A stretch of DNA of 64,000 bases from Pavona decussata (lineage: Eukaryota). This document shows positions 12,280-26,700 of the stretch, piece by piece. Below the pieces are notes generated by a model, which saw only the letters and a list, made by a program, of their open reading frames with translations, did no database searches and was not told the DNA's origin. The stretch is taken from positions 620,001 through 684,000 of the forward strand of contig CDRNST010000226.1 in NCBI GenBank assembly GCA_977016875.1. The letters run 5' to 3'. The stretch's first letter is position 1, and every line of letters begins with the position of its first letter. The translations under genes and the position numbers were made by a program.

Positions 12280-12459
12280 AAAGTACACAGTTGTGAACAT
12301 TTTTTTTTTTCTCATTTTCTTTATCTGCTTTCTGGTCTCGCATTCCTGAAAAGAAAATATTTCTTTTGGAAACTGTTGCGAGGAAACAAAAACTGTTTCG
12401 AAATTCTTAAGAGGAAAAAAAAACTGTTTCGAAATTCTTAAGAAACATTTAATATCCAA

Positions 12460-12525
12460 TTGTCTTGTCTTGTCTTGTCTTGTCTTGTCTTGTCTTGTCT
12501 TGTCATCTATTGTATTGTATTGAAT
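12460..12525. repeat. (TTGTC)n / (TTGTA)n pentanucleotide microsatellite
   Basis: Directly visible. Confidence 0.9.
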
Positions 12526-13389
12526 TTTATTGTATTTCCCTGGTGTTGTGTATTGTTTTTCTAAGTTTGTTGTGTTGTGTTGAGTAGATTTGTATTGTCA
12601 TTTTATTGCGCTTGTGTTGGGTCCTATTGTGCTGCCCTTGTCTAGTGTTGTTTTGTGTCAGTTTGTTGAAGGGTGATTGGATGGAAAGATAATTGAAATG
12701 CGCATTGAATTGAAGTGTATTAGGGAAATCAACGGGTTCTATGATTAACAAAAGAGGAGGGTTCATTCTGTATACTGTGCGTTAGGTTTACTTATTCCGC
12801 CCAAACCATCCGGGTGGTGTCGCACTTATATAGGCTAATAACAATAGCTTGATGACAAACCAATCAGAAGCGAGTGGCGTCATCACGTACTAACCAACAA
12901 GAAAAGAAGCAATAGAATTATGAATGCAAAAAACTTGACATAATTAAAATGGATTAACATAAGTGACAAAACACAAAGAAAAAGAATGTAGACAGACCAG
13001 TAACGATGTCGGAAATATTCGCGTTTGGTAAACTCTGCCTCTAAATAAGAATAGAAAGAGATTCGCGTAAGATATTTCTGATGTATATTGAGCTTTGGGA
13101 AGACAAGTATTCAATCCTGGATTCTCCGGAAAATCGACCTGAAACAGTCTTCGTAAATTGGTTTCTTGGCGAATTCGGTTCGCTGGTGCGTTGACGTAAT
13201 TGCAAATCAGCTGTAATTGTTTGCTGTAAAGTCATTTTGTTGAGTAAACCTCAACTGCCTTCCAGTTGATCCCTTCAAAAGTACAAAATTTTCCGTTCGA
13301 TTCCCGTAGGGAGCTTAAAGAATCGTATGGTGATGATTTCTGTAAAGGTAAACACCTTTACTGCTACTAGCTTGCGAGCGATAATTTAA

Positions 13390-13910
13390 TTTCTGGACTC
13401 AAATTCGTGGCAATGGGCCAAAACCGAGCAATAAGTGCACTCTTTTAGCTTTCCTGGTCTCAAAGTCAAGAAAATAGCAAAAAATGGAGCAATAAGTTCA
13501 TTCCTTTCTGGTCTTAAATTTGCGAAAATAGCCAAAAATCGAGCAATAAGTTCCTTTCTCTTTAAAGTGGCCAAAAATCGAGCAATAAGTTCACTCCTTC
13601 CTTGTCTGAAATTTCCTGAAAATAGTTAAAAATCGGGAAATAAGTTCATTTTTTTCTGATGTAAATTGCGTGAAAATTGCCAAAAATCAAGAAACAAGTT
13701 GATACGTTTCTGTTCTCAAATTGGTAAGAATGGTTAAAAATCGAGCAATAAGATCATACCTTTGCGGTCTAAAAGTGCAAAAATTTAGAATCAGGTTGAT
13801 TCCTTTCAGTTCAAATCTTTCTGTCTCAAATTTGGGAAAATAGACAAAACTGAAAGACATAGTTCTATTCTTTCTGGTCTCAAAATCGTGAAAATAGCCT
13901 AAAATGGAGA
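13390..13910 (+). repeat. Degenerate ~54-bp minisatellite (AAAATAGCCAAAAATCGAGCAATAAGTTCATTCC...GTCTCAAATT)
   Basis: AATAAG recurs at 13491 and 13545 (period 54); shares its core with the array at 63606-64000. Confidence 0.75.
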
Positions 13911-14640
13911 GATATAGGGTACAGGAATGCATTCCTACCAGGCAACCAGTTACTGTTGAAAAACGACTTTAAAACAAATAGACGGCATTGTTTTTAACCA
14001 TCTCAAGCGCAATCTTATTGGTTCAGCACAACTGGCCTGGCGATGTGTACATTACAACGAAACTAACATATACTGTTCACGTTAAATAGGTGGACAAGTT
14101 AGGATACAATTCGACTTTATGGCATGATTTGCCTCCGTGGAACTGTAGGATTATGGTAATTGTACAAGTCTATTATGGATGCCGTAACTGATTTGGTCCC
14201 AGAAAATAGTGAGTATATTAACTGTAGATCTTAAATTTGAAAGGTTCAACTGACGAAGTGTAGAAAGGTTTACTTAGTCAGTAGTGTTCCAGGATAGCTG
14301 TATGCATTATATTGACTTAAAGTTGTGATGCCTGAAAATTAACCTGGTCTATCTCGGTAGAGACGAATTCATTGACACGTGAAGAAAAAGTACAACTAAT
14401 TTTCCAGGGGAAAAAATCAGAGAGGAATAGGCTGTTGCACTTGGTTTCTATTTTCTTCTGGCCCCAATGTAAACTTCGTTCCCCAATGTCTGTACAAGCG
14501 CCAGGAACACCTCCGAAAAGTTAACTCAGTCGATTGTACCTAAAATCGATGGATCGGAGAATTAACTCTAGCTGCAGTGTATGTTAAAGTACGTACTGCT
14601 AAAGTGAAGCCACGAATTAACTACTGAGAGTTACCCCTAG

Positions 14641-14735
14641 TAAGGAAATGGGAGATCGCACGAGGCGAAGAAGAAAAATCTCCGACCTCGGCGGCGAATC
14701 GAACCCACGACCTCCGGATTTGATCGTCCGATGTT
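14641..14735 (-). mobile_element. tRNA-derived SINE head fragment
   Basis: Minus strand GGAGGTCGTGGGTTCGATTCGCC (tRNA T-arm/B-box-like); no complete cloverleaf. Confidence 0.55.
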
Positions 14736-16959
14736 TACCTGTATTTTTTTTTTATCGAATATGGGTTTTAAACAAAATGCAACTTAACCTTAGCACAATT
14801 TCAGTTGCACACCTGTTTGCCGATTATAACAACTAATTACTGTAAAATGCAGAGCCATGATTTTTGAAAGCCTTCCATTTCAGTTGCGTAGCATAAATTA
14901 ATGCAAACGTCCGGGATATTCTCCTGATACTAATATGCATACCGGCGTATGCAATAAGCTTTCATAGAGGACTTGACGAAGGGACGGTGACAAATGGCTC
15001 ACAACAATTTGGGAAATCAAATCCAAAATTGGGAGAGGGGTTACCTAGAGCTTCTCTAGAGGTTCCCCTTGGAAACTGAACTGCGTGTAAAAATTCGGAC
15101 CATTTCTTCCGTTTCCAGTCCGTAAATGGAAGGTGTCATCTCTTTCGCTGTCATAATGTTTCGGGGAAAAAACCAACAACAAACAAAACAAATCCTTTTC
15201 ATTTTTCAGCGGCGACCCAACAGATTTTCTAAATTTCTCGACCCTCACTGCGCTGACGAATTTGGAATTGCGTTTTTTACGCAAGTATTGCATTTACGCT
15301 AATTTGAGTAAGAAAAATGACATAGAAAAAAAAGAAAAAAGAGACACTGAACTGAGAGAGTTTTATGTGATCTCAGATGATTGGAAAATGAAGTCCTTTT
15401 ATTTTTTTCCTCTGGCTTTATCCAATCTGATCAACTAATCCATCTCTTATAGCAGCTGGTATTTTGTATGCGTATCTTGCAAGTCTGACTAATCAGAATT
15501 GTGGGATAGGAGAAAATGGTTTCTGCATTCATCGCACTGAAACGCTCAGTGCAGAAAATGTATTAATTAATTTCTTCAGTCATTGCTGTTCGCTACCCCC
15601 TTTATACGTATAAAATTAGAGTGTGCCTGTTTGCGTGTGTAAGCGGCCCTCTATTCAAGTAAAAGTTCCTTTTGTGCATGGGAACATGCATACGTACATG
15701 AAATGCGCAAAACAGGTTATATTATGATGATTATGATTATCAAGTTTTAGTAAAGAGAACGCCGGACCAATTAGGCAGAAGGAAAAAAGCCGTTAGTCTG
15801 CCAACTACGTCACGGTTTAGTTCATTTTCCCTTAAAAACTGTTAAAATTTTAAGGTTCATAAAAAAAGTACTCAAAAGATAAGTGCCCTGTCTCTGCCCA
15901 TTTCCTCCCACTGTCTGCGATAAAAATAAAAAAAAAAACTGTGAATGTGCGTAGGGCGCTTGATTAGCCCCGGAGCTGTTATTAAAAAAACGAACAATTT
16001 AATATTTGAGCCTCGCTACTATAATCCGGCTGTATTTGCTTCTGACAAGCCAGTCTGTTTTGAAACCCAGAAACGATTAGTTCTAGCCGTCACAGAAAAA
16101 TTTTATGTCATCATTTTAGATCTTGACTCTCTTCTTTGAAAGGGAATATATAATTTTTTTATACTTTTTTATCGCGGCACTCTTTACAGACGGCATTAGC
16201 AATCAATTCCAGTCTTTGCATTTCAATTACTTCTCAACAGGAGCTTCTGAATCGAAACAGTATTGTCTAATTGTTTACCTTAAGGCAAAGTCGTTCTGCT
16301 CAATTGCAAAATCATTTCTGCAAATTTTCATCGTGAAATACACGAGGGAAAACAGGGAACAAATTAAAACTACAGTGCAACGGCAAATATTTTGTTTAAA
16401 AATAATGCCTTTTCCAACTATTTTTCATGCATGTCCATTTAAAATTCAAAACATACAGCAGTTTCACAGGAAACATTTATATATTGGTTAAAGTGTACTT
16501 TAAGAGCATGAGAAAAAATTTAAGGCGTTCAGCTTACGTACACTCGATTCGAACTCGATATTTTGTGCTGCAGTACAACCGAGATTTAAGCACGGAATGT
16601 CCGCTAAAAACTTAGCCTGAAAACAGTTCCCCCTACTTCACAAAGATTTTGATATTGAACTCGAAAATTTTTTAAATCTAAACTACAATTTGTCTTTCTC
16701 GGTTTATGTGGTGGTTCAGTAATCATTAGATCTGAGGAACACTGAGGGCAGGTGTTCCGTCTCCTTTACAATAGGCATTGTTCTTTGACCAATCAGACAA
16801 CAGCAGCTGAGTTACTCGCCGACCAAATAGTGCCGCGCTCGTTCATTTTGCATCTCCTTCCAATTACGAGTTTGATAAAAGTGATGAGCTTTATGTAATC
16901 TCCACTCATTAAGCTTCATTTTTGCATTGTCTTTGCTGCTTTTATTGTTTGGACGGTCC

Positions 16960-17167
16960 TTGGCAGCTCCTGGTTTATCCATGCTCGGAGCGCTGGTTTG
17001 ATTCGTTGTATGGCGGACATTCGCGCAAATCCGTTGGCAATTGTGGTACTCCAGATATGCTTTACACTGCTTTGTGATGTTGGTTGAACAGCAATAACGA
17101 CCGTAAGATCAACGATTGCGACTAAAGATGTCAAATCCGTCGTTTGGAGGCCCAAAAGATCGTCCAA
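16960..17167 (+). other. Probable 5' UTR exon of the ANKRD55-like gene (start approximate)
   Basis: CpG-richer segment ending in a strong donor (CAA/gtaagt at 17168), with CCAAT at ~16789 upstream. The ATG exon has an acceptor at 18162 and an in-frame TGA upstream of ATG 18194. Confidence 0.35.
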
Positions 17168-18193
17168 GTAAGTCTTGAACGAATTGTTCTTTTGCAAATC
17201 CCCGTTCGATCAAATATTCTGAATATACGAATCTCTTTGTCTCACTGGGCTTTTAGCGGATGTTTAGTGGTGACTAGCAATTCAAGTTTATATAGTTTGA
17301 CATCACAATTCCGTATCTGCTCGAAGTATTTACTTTGGATTGCGTCTCATCGACGTATAAGCTTGTTGTGGACTGTGGAGCATATAGTGGATCGGTTGTT
17401 AAGCAAAACGACAAGCAATGTAGTAAGCTTAGCTTAATCGTATCACCGAAGTAAAATGAACAATTAAACTTACCTTCGACATAATAATCCAACGGGGACG
17501 ATTTGGTTTCGATAAGGTTGTGCTCTGATTAGTGAAGATTTTTTGTGGAGTGCACAGGCACAACACCTTACTTCACGAAAATTTAGCTATCGCGTGAAGG
17601 TCTTTGTTTGAAAATCAATATATTTTTCCTAATCCGAGGATTTGCCTTAAGTTTGCGGGGCAGGTGGGCGATTGGCTGACAGAGTTTTCTCGAGGGCATC
17701 AACGTAGCGTATAGCTGCGCTCAAATAAATTTTCTTCCTCGCCGGCAACGTTTTGTAATTTATTTACTACACGCTTGTGTTAACGTCTTTGAAGAAAATT
17801 ATCAAGTTCTTTTCCTCTTTGTTTTTCCAACCTTCAACGCCTCTATCATGTTAACCTTTTTAATAATTTTGCACGCATTTAATTGATACACTAGTGCCAC
17901 TGCTAATGTAGTTTACTTTAGACAGTTATATATTGGATTTGTGTTGCTTCATTTATAACCCAACTGCCCATCAATTGCCCTTAGCAACAAATGATTGTAA
18001 CTCTGGCAACTTCTTTGACTAACTTAAAACACGTATTCTCCTGATAAAACCTTTGAATTGCAAATTGATAGAATCGCATATGAACTTTGTAAAATATAAT
18101 CTTTCCAGTGGCAAAGCATAAATTATAAACAATCTCCTTCTTCACTCACTTGTGACTGATAGACTTGATTTCTCCTTCTCTTGAGAGTGAGCA

Positions 18194-20738
18194 ATGAGGA
18201 GATGGCTGAAATCAGGTGAATTCAGAGTTTCTCAACTTGAAATACCGTATTTATTCGATTAACCACCCTTCAGGGCACTTATTTTATTTTGGGCCCATGA
18301 GGGTGGGTGCTTACTCGAGGGTGGGCACTTATTATTTTCCCAACATTTGCAGCAAGCGGTGACATTTTTAGAGAATAGCAAAACAAGGCATAACAAGTTT
18401 ATTTTGCTTCAAAAGACAAAATAAAATGCAAATGCTATCATAAAAAGTCATAATCAGTGTAAAAGTTCATTTACTTCTGTATCTAAAACCAATTTTGGAA
18501 CACAACTGACGCTCCTCTTTCTGCACACTGCGGTAGTACATGAATGTTTTTTGTTTGGAGGGGTTGAGGTGGGTGCCTATTTGAGGGTGGGCGCTCATAA
18601 ACTTTTTGGGCTTTCAGGGTGGACGCTTATTCAAGGTGGGCGGTTTTAAAATTGAATAAATACGGTAGATGTAAAGACTGAGTTTCGAAAACATGGAAGC
18701 TGTTTCCCCTCTAGGTGGATCTGGAAGTATGCTTGCCGATGGAGTTTTGAAAAATTTAGTCCTGTTAGGCCCAGTTCAGACACCGTACTTCACATGAGCC
18801 AAATCAAATTCAATGAATTAAGTTCACATGTGAAGAACAGCATCTGAATCAATTCAGAACGGCTGGTCTCATACAGATAGACTCAGCCGATTTTTCCCAT
18901 CTGGCTCAAACGGGAATAATGGCTGTGGACTGACTTTGATTCCGACACTGTACTTCACATGAGCCGGCCGCATCAAATTCAATGAATTAAGTTGACACGT
19001 AAAGAACAGCATCTGGATCAATTCAGAACGGCTGGTCTCATACAGATAGACTCAGCCTTTTTCCCCGCCTGTCTCAAACAGGAATAATGGCTGTGGACCG
19101 GCTTTGATTCAGACATCGTACTTCACATGAGCTGAATCAAATGCATAAATTGACCCAAATTCGCAATTCTTACCGGCCATAGTATGCTTCTGTGAATTAA
19201 TTTAGGCTGAATTAAGTTCAGCGTCTGAGTCAATTCAGCTGGGATTAATAACTTGGGTCGGTTTAAATTCGAATTTGATTCAAGTCATGTGAAGTATGGC
19301 GTCTGAATCGGGCCTTAGATGCATTGTCCAAGGTTCTGAGCAGCTTGGATATTGGGATGATCACTACTTATGATGTAGTTTACTAGTAATTTTGTTAACT
19401 TAAAATGAAGTGTTTGAATCCAAAAAAAAAAAAATCATGCGTGAGAAAAACTTGTTTCAGTTTGAGAATGTGCAGCTGTAAGATTGAGGCTCTTATGCCT
19501 GGTACTAAGTCTCTCTCCAGGTGACCAACTGCTGACCAAAGAGCCTGAGGACTCTGTGCATGAGATTGCATCAAATTGTGTGAGACTGAGAGCTCTGTGA
19601 ATCCGGAATGCAAGAGATTTTTGATAATCAAAAGTGTGTTGCCACTTGACTGTTATTATTTTGATGCCAGAATGTAATAAATTTGTGAAGAGAAGGATGA
19701 CTTGCAAATCTTTCATTGAGATGGGGGTCTTGAGTTGCTTCTCTCGATACAGGAGTTGCATCTCAAGGGATGTAAATCTTGTGGCAGTTGCACACATACA
19801 TGACTTGCACATATAACGTGGAAACTGGTAATACTCAAACCCTGACAGGCTCAGTGACATCATGTGTTCGCCTTTCTTTGCTATGTACAGGTACTTGTAT
19901 ACTGTTGTCAATCATAGATGTACATAAACTACAGTATATGTATATATGACTACGCTGCTTATCAGAAAATCAGATGAAAATCAAAATCATAAATGAAAAA
20001 ATCCATCAAAATCTACCGGACACAGGAAGTGTGCCTTGAACACCTTAAACTGTACTTGGTAGACCTCTCTTAGCTGTTTCTTAGCATGGGAGGTACAAAT
20101 TGATTGCCTGGCTTCTTTTTTAAACATCCTAACTGACTTTTTTAATAGAAGACCACACAGCCAAGTTAACTATCAATCCTGTCCAAGTGTACTGACCTCT
20201 TACCCAACTGTTCAAAATCTTTTAATAATGGAACCAACCTCTGCCCAAATACTGTATGTTTTAAACATTACTTTGTTTTTGGTTAAATTGTAGGGGGCTC
20301 CATATGTGAGCCACTAATGCAGACGACAACAGCCGGAAGAGTGATGTTGATTCATCAGCTGGTGTCAAAGGGCAACTTACAGGAGCTTAAGAAGGAGCTT
20401 GCCAAGGATATGGGTTCGTTCTTTTTTACCGTTCTTTCAATGAAGTGCTTGACATGCCATAATATGATGGTGTACATGCTTGCATTTTTGAAAGTATACC
20501 ATTAGTTAAATCATCATCATCAGCATTGCTGTCTGTGCCAGAAGGCGCATAAGGCTACACACCATTAGGGAGAAAACCTTATTAATTCCCTCGGTGCTAT
20601 AGGCTGTGATTTTTGGAGGGGTGTTTTTTTGTTGGAGGGGTGTGTGGAATAAGGCCCTAAGTGACTTTTGATGTAAGGTCAAATTCTCCCTTTATTTCAC
20701 AAGCGAAAACAAGAAAATTTGGAAGGACATTCTAGCAG

Positions 20739-20778
<40 letters not shown>

Positions 20779-23700
20779 TCAGTTGAGGGCCTTGTTGCGT
20801 CATGGCTTATGGTACTGTATGTGTTCAGACTACGAATTATTTGTTGCAGATCTTTTAGAAAGCAAGAACAGTCAAGGTATGACTCCTCTGTTCCAGTCTG
20901 TTAGCTGTAATAACTTGGAGTGTGTTCAGTTCCTTGTCATGTCTGGTGCAAACATAGACACTCGCGACAATGTTGGAAGGACTCCAGTAGCACTGGCAGC
21001 TTATCAGGTACGATCCCTCATCCACCCCCCACACCCACACACACACACACACTGTTTTTTTTTTTTAAAGTAATGTACACAAACTCCTTTTGTACAGGTC
21101 TAGGAAATCCTGGAAAGTACTGTACTTGAATTTTAGTCTATATGTAATTTTTCAGGACTGACAAGTCCTTGAAAATGACAGGAGGTCCTGGAAAATACTT
21201 GAAATCTGTAAACTCAAGTAATAATGGAAAGTTCTCTTGAAAGACATCAAGGAGCAGCCAAATGGGAAGGTCCAACAACTTAAAAATACTTGATGTGCAT
21301 TACAATTATGTCCTGGAAAAAAACTTTCCAAAGCCTGGAAATGTGTTTCTGAAAAAGGGTACAAACCCTGTTTTTGGGAACCAAGTGTGCCCATCAAGTT
21401 GATGCTGATATAAGGTGGCTGCCATTTGGAAATCATGACGAAATTACCATGTACATGTAGCATGACATCATCGCTGCTCACGGCAGACCTCAAAGGAAAC
21501 ATGTTTGGACATTCTATTTATACTCCAAGTTTCTTTGTGATAGCTTTCAAAGTTGTGGAGTTATTAGGGAGGCGACGGGGAGGGGGGGGGGGATTGTCCT
21601 CGAACCCAGAAGACCTGGGTTTGATTCCCGGACTCTGAGTTATATCTGGGTTGACTTTGTAGTTGGTTCACATCCTCTGGTTTCTCTGGTTTTCCCCTCT
21701 CGTCAAAAACCAACATTTCCAAAATAATTCCAATTTGATCTGCAATCTGAGGGCCACAGGTTTGTCAGTCATAACAGACTGGTAAGTGTCACCCTCATTA
21801 ACCAACAAAGTTGATTTAAGATGAAAAAAAGCCTGGTCTAGATAGGATTAAAGTGGATCACTTTAGATGGTGGTGGACAGTCTTGATAAGCAATATTCAA
21901 CAGTCCACTTGTTCACATAAAATTTTTTAGTCTGGTTTTGTGGCGTACATCTTGTTCAAGTTTGCTGTGGACTGTCAGATTCAGCCATGGGTACATGTAG
22001 CTGGGTGCCCGTTGATCGCCTGTCTGCTGTATGCATATAGTTGACATTAAACCAGGCATTGCACTAGTACTAGTTGAGCTATTAAATAGCACCATTTACT
22101 TCAGTCTGTTACGAGCAAGAATGGGTCAGATGAACATTGAATTAATGACCTTCTGCATATTGATGAGACATACCATAACTACTAAGAATCAACAGGGAGA
22201 CTTGTACACCGTACATGCAGCACGCTACAACCAGTGACAATATGTTACACTTTACCCTTTATTGCATCTCCCTCCCTTTGAATTCCCTTCATTCAATGTT
22301 GTTTAGAAATTTAAACACGCTGCAAAAGATGTCGCAATTTCCTTGCACTATCCAACATTGCACATGGAGAAAGGGGCCAGGGGGTCGTACGAATTATGAC
22401 ACTCGTTGTAGGTCATTTTACCTGTTGTTGTTAGTTTGGATTTTTACCATTACATTAACCATACTTTGTTCTTCTTGACTCTGTAGGGCTGGCACGATGG
22501 ACTCTATTACCTACTTGCAAAAGGTGCCAACTGCTTGATTGCTGATAACTGTGGAAGGCTTCCTCTCCATGCAGCAACATACTTCAGCAATGAAAAGTGA
22601 TTATTACAAACAGTGTTTACTTGTTAGTAAAAGCGCTTTTGGTTTTGTGTATTATTGTTTTTTCAGGATTCAGTATGGGGATATTTTTCCGCTTGGCCCA
22701 GCCACTTAGCTGGATTAGCTTGCTATTTCTAAGTGGCTGTGCTCTCTTCTTGAGTAATTTTTCTTTCTTGCATTTATGTTAACACCATATAATTTCTGGG
22801 CACGAATAAAATATTGTTGTTGTTGTTGTTGATATTAGCTTCCATGATACACCAAACTCTGGTGTTAGTCCGGGATTATTATTGCTTGCTTTATAAGCAC
22901 AATTTTCATGGCGTTTCTTTTCACAGTTCCCTTGAAGTCCTGTTGCAACATATATCACTTCAAGATGTCGATGCTCGAGATCACGAGGTATGTTTTTGAC
23001 ATGTTCTACAACCAATCAGCCTCAGGAGAAGAGATTTTGACTTACAGTTTGTTCATCATGCATCTGATTATAATTGTAAGTTCTTCCTTCAACTCACACA
23101 GAACAATTCACTTCTTTTGTTAATGTTTTTTCTTATTTTTCATTTTTTTAATAATATTATTTTCTAAAGTTGGCAATGAGGTTAAAAGAAACCTGGAAAT
23201 TGGCCTATTGAGAAAGTTATATGACATCTCACTGTACAAGCTTGTCATCATTACAATCCAATATGTAGAGTCTGGTTTAATTGTTTTTGGGACATTACAA
23301 ATGTAGTTCCCTTAGATAATTTTATATTATGTATTAATGCATATTGCCTCATAAATATTAGTTAAGTTTCTACATGCTTAATCTATAGGGAATGACTGCT
23401 CTTCATTGGGCAGCTTTCCACGGCAGAACAGGTCATGTCAAGCTGTTAGTAGAAAAGAAAGCAGATCTGCTGTCACGTGACACGGATGGAAAACTACCTC
23501 TTCACTGGGCTGCACAGGTATTATGAATTATTCATAACAGTATTACACTGGCTGTGAATGTTTATTTTTCTGAACATCACATGTGGATAATCTAAAAACA
23601 GCTCAATATACTAAATATATTACATTGTGAAAGACAATAAATCATGAACCAAATAAAAACTCTAATTGCACTAAACTGATTCAGATGCCACAACTTTGCC

Positions 23701-26700
23701 AAATTGTATTCACCATTTAGGAGTTTACAATAACTGTCAAAATTACCGCACACAGATTGGCTTGTAGCTATTGTCTATTAGAGTAACAGACAATAAAAAT
23801 GAAGTCAGATGTAATGCGTGCGCTTTCTCAATTGAAAATAAAGCCAGTGAATTCTGCTCATACTTTCCCATTTTATCATAAAAACGAATCAATGGCAGTT
23901 TTCTATGGTCTATACTCTTATGGACCATAAAATGACACCTTAAAAATTAATGTTCAAAACTTGGCAGTGAAACCACTCACCTGCATGTACATGTGCATGT
24001 ATGCCTTGTGGTTCCTCTTGAGTTTTTGAACATTTTTATGATGTCATTTTATTGTCTATAAGTCAGAGTATAGATCATAGAAAACTGCCATTGATTTGTT
24101 AATTAGCACATGAATGGAGTGGTGTTTCGATCAGGCTTTAATTTTGACAGAAGTCTAGTGACAAAAATTAATGTTGACATGGTTGCATGAACTGTTCATT
24201 TCTGTTGTATAGAATGGCTTTGAGTCTACTTGCCAAGTGATGCTAGAGGTCTCCAACAGCCACAATCTAGTCAATGGAAAAGATTTCTCTGGACGGACAC
24301 CAATCCACTTAGCAGCTGCCGCTGGACAATACCACGTCCTGGTTGAATTAACAGCAGTACTGTTTGCAAACAATGAAGCAGTAGATAGTGAGGGCAGGTA
24401 AAGTTTACACATTTGAGATGTATGTATGTATTTCAGAGATTGCAACATTGAAGGCAGCCAAAATTTGATTTACTTAGTTAATAGCATCACAACTGATTAA
24501 TTTATTAATGAGGCGTACAGAAGGAATACAGCACAACAATTAAGGTGAAGATTGAAATGAGAAATTGCTTGGACTGGAATTGTCGTGTCTACAGACATAC
24601 TGGATCCGATGGTGGATGGACTAAAGTCATAATTATAGCAACACTGTGTCACAGGCATCCCACTTAGGTGGTACTGTGTCACAAGCACTTAACTTATGTC
24701 ACAGGCATCTCACAAGGTGTTACTCAACTCTGGAATACTGGCCTTGATATTTATACATGTATGGGTTCATTTATACAACCTGCATGCATGCATATGGAGG
24801 AGTTAAAGACAAATTGACTTTTCAAAAGAATTCAAACTATTGACGTTTTGGTGTAAGTTTGATAAAACGTATGTTATAAAACACAAGACTGCTTTTTTCC
24901 CACTACTGGTCAATAAATATATCATTTAAGCTGTGTGGTAATTTCAATTTAGATTGAAGTGTCTAAAAGTTAATTATTTGTGTTGCCCTTAGGACTCCTC
25001 TTCATTGGGCTGCAGCAACTGGACACGCCCATTGCGTTGCTCATTTGCTGAGACTTGGAAGTGAAAAGAATGCAGAAGACAGACATGGTGGAATGCCGCT
25101 GCAGTACGCTCAACAGGGACACCACTCTGTGTGCTGCCAATTGCTCATAGACCATGATCCAAACAATCCGTTAGAGACGTCTATACCAGAAGGGAATGGT
25201 AAGAGGCATGTTTGTTTCAATTGTCCTGGTTTATAAAAAGTGATGTTAGTCCTTCTAACTATGCCTGGTTCTATTGTTGTGTTATCGTCTTGTCAAACTC
25301 AGTTGAATATTTAAGCTTGACTGTGGTTCAGACACAGAACTTGTGCACTCATACAGTGTAGTAAACCAGAATTGCTATGTTATAACAATGCATACATTTT
25401 AACAATGAATACATTATCAATCACAAATGGATGTACACTGTATTAGGTTTGGCCAAGTTGAGCACAATGTGCGCGAATCAATGTCACACTAAGTCATTTA
25501 CAGTAGTACCATGTTAGTGTTTCGGAGCTTGTCATGCTTAATTGCTTAGTATAGTTCTTTACTAGGGTCCCAAGACCTGGAATTCCCTACCTTAAGGCCT
25601 TAACAGTTCACTAGTCAGAATATTTTTAGCACTTTCAAGTGATCTCTCATCAACAATGTCTCATTATTGTTCAACTAGCTGAATATTAAACTCACCCACT
25701 AAATCCATGCATTAACTTGAAAACATGTACTGACCGATGAGGAAGCCTAAATTGATAAGCTCACCAATTTAACTTTAAGATCTTCTATGTACTTCTTTTG
25801 TATTATTCCTCACTTTAACTTGTCCTTGATAATCAAATAAATTTCAAAAAAAATAAAATAAATACAGTCAACTCTTTCATAGCGACCACTTCTTGTAAGG
25901 GACCACCTCCCAAAAGCGACCACTTCGTAAACAACCGTTTTGTTTCTCAGTAAAATACTGTTTCAAGAACTCTCTTGTAAGCGACCACCACTGAAATCTC
26001 TTAAGGGACTGCGACCACTTTTTAGGCCAGAAATTACACATATTCTTTTGTTTTCTGTTTCACGGTAAGCGACCACCCAACATAATCACGTATGATCATT
26101 AGTAAATCATTAATTAGAAGTTACAAAAGTTCAATTTTTAATGACGCTACCCCGGACTGCTGACAGATAATAACAGTTTACAGACAGAGAAGATGGTTGA
26201 ATTAGATCTGTAGGTAAAGGGGAATTGTTACAGTGATCTGCTCCAAAATGTTATGCAAAGTTTCATCAGAAGAATGAATAGATGTGAAAAAAATTAAATA
26301 AATTAGTTTCTATTTGCCTAATTTTAGCTGCTAAGGTAATATTTTTTATGTAATTAATTAATCAATCTAGTATTAGGCTTATTTTGTTGATCTTTCCCGT
26401 AAGCGACCACCTCCCGTAAGTGGCCGCTTTGCCATGCACTAAGGGTGGTCGCTTGGGAGAGAGTTGAATGTATGTACACAGCACACACAGGGCCCTATAC
26501 AACTGTACATGTACAGCTTTACATTAATTTTAGTGTACAGTGTATTGCTAGAAATGACTGACTGTGGGTTGCACAAAACTTGTAGCGATGTACGTGACAA
26601 AACATGTAAGATACAAGTCTTTTTTACTGTTTAGAGTGAACTTTTATCAGTCAATGGCTTCACTTTATTGATGATTTTATTATTTTTTTATATTTTAATA

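Noticed and set aside
14670-14735. tRNA gene
   Set aside because: Only a T-arm/B-box-like segment is present with no full cloverleaf; better explained as a SINE head.
19435-19911. 158-aa minus-strand ORF
   Set aside because: Intronic and antisense to the ANKRD55-like gene, with no recognisable domain or splice support.
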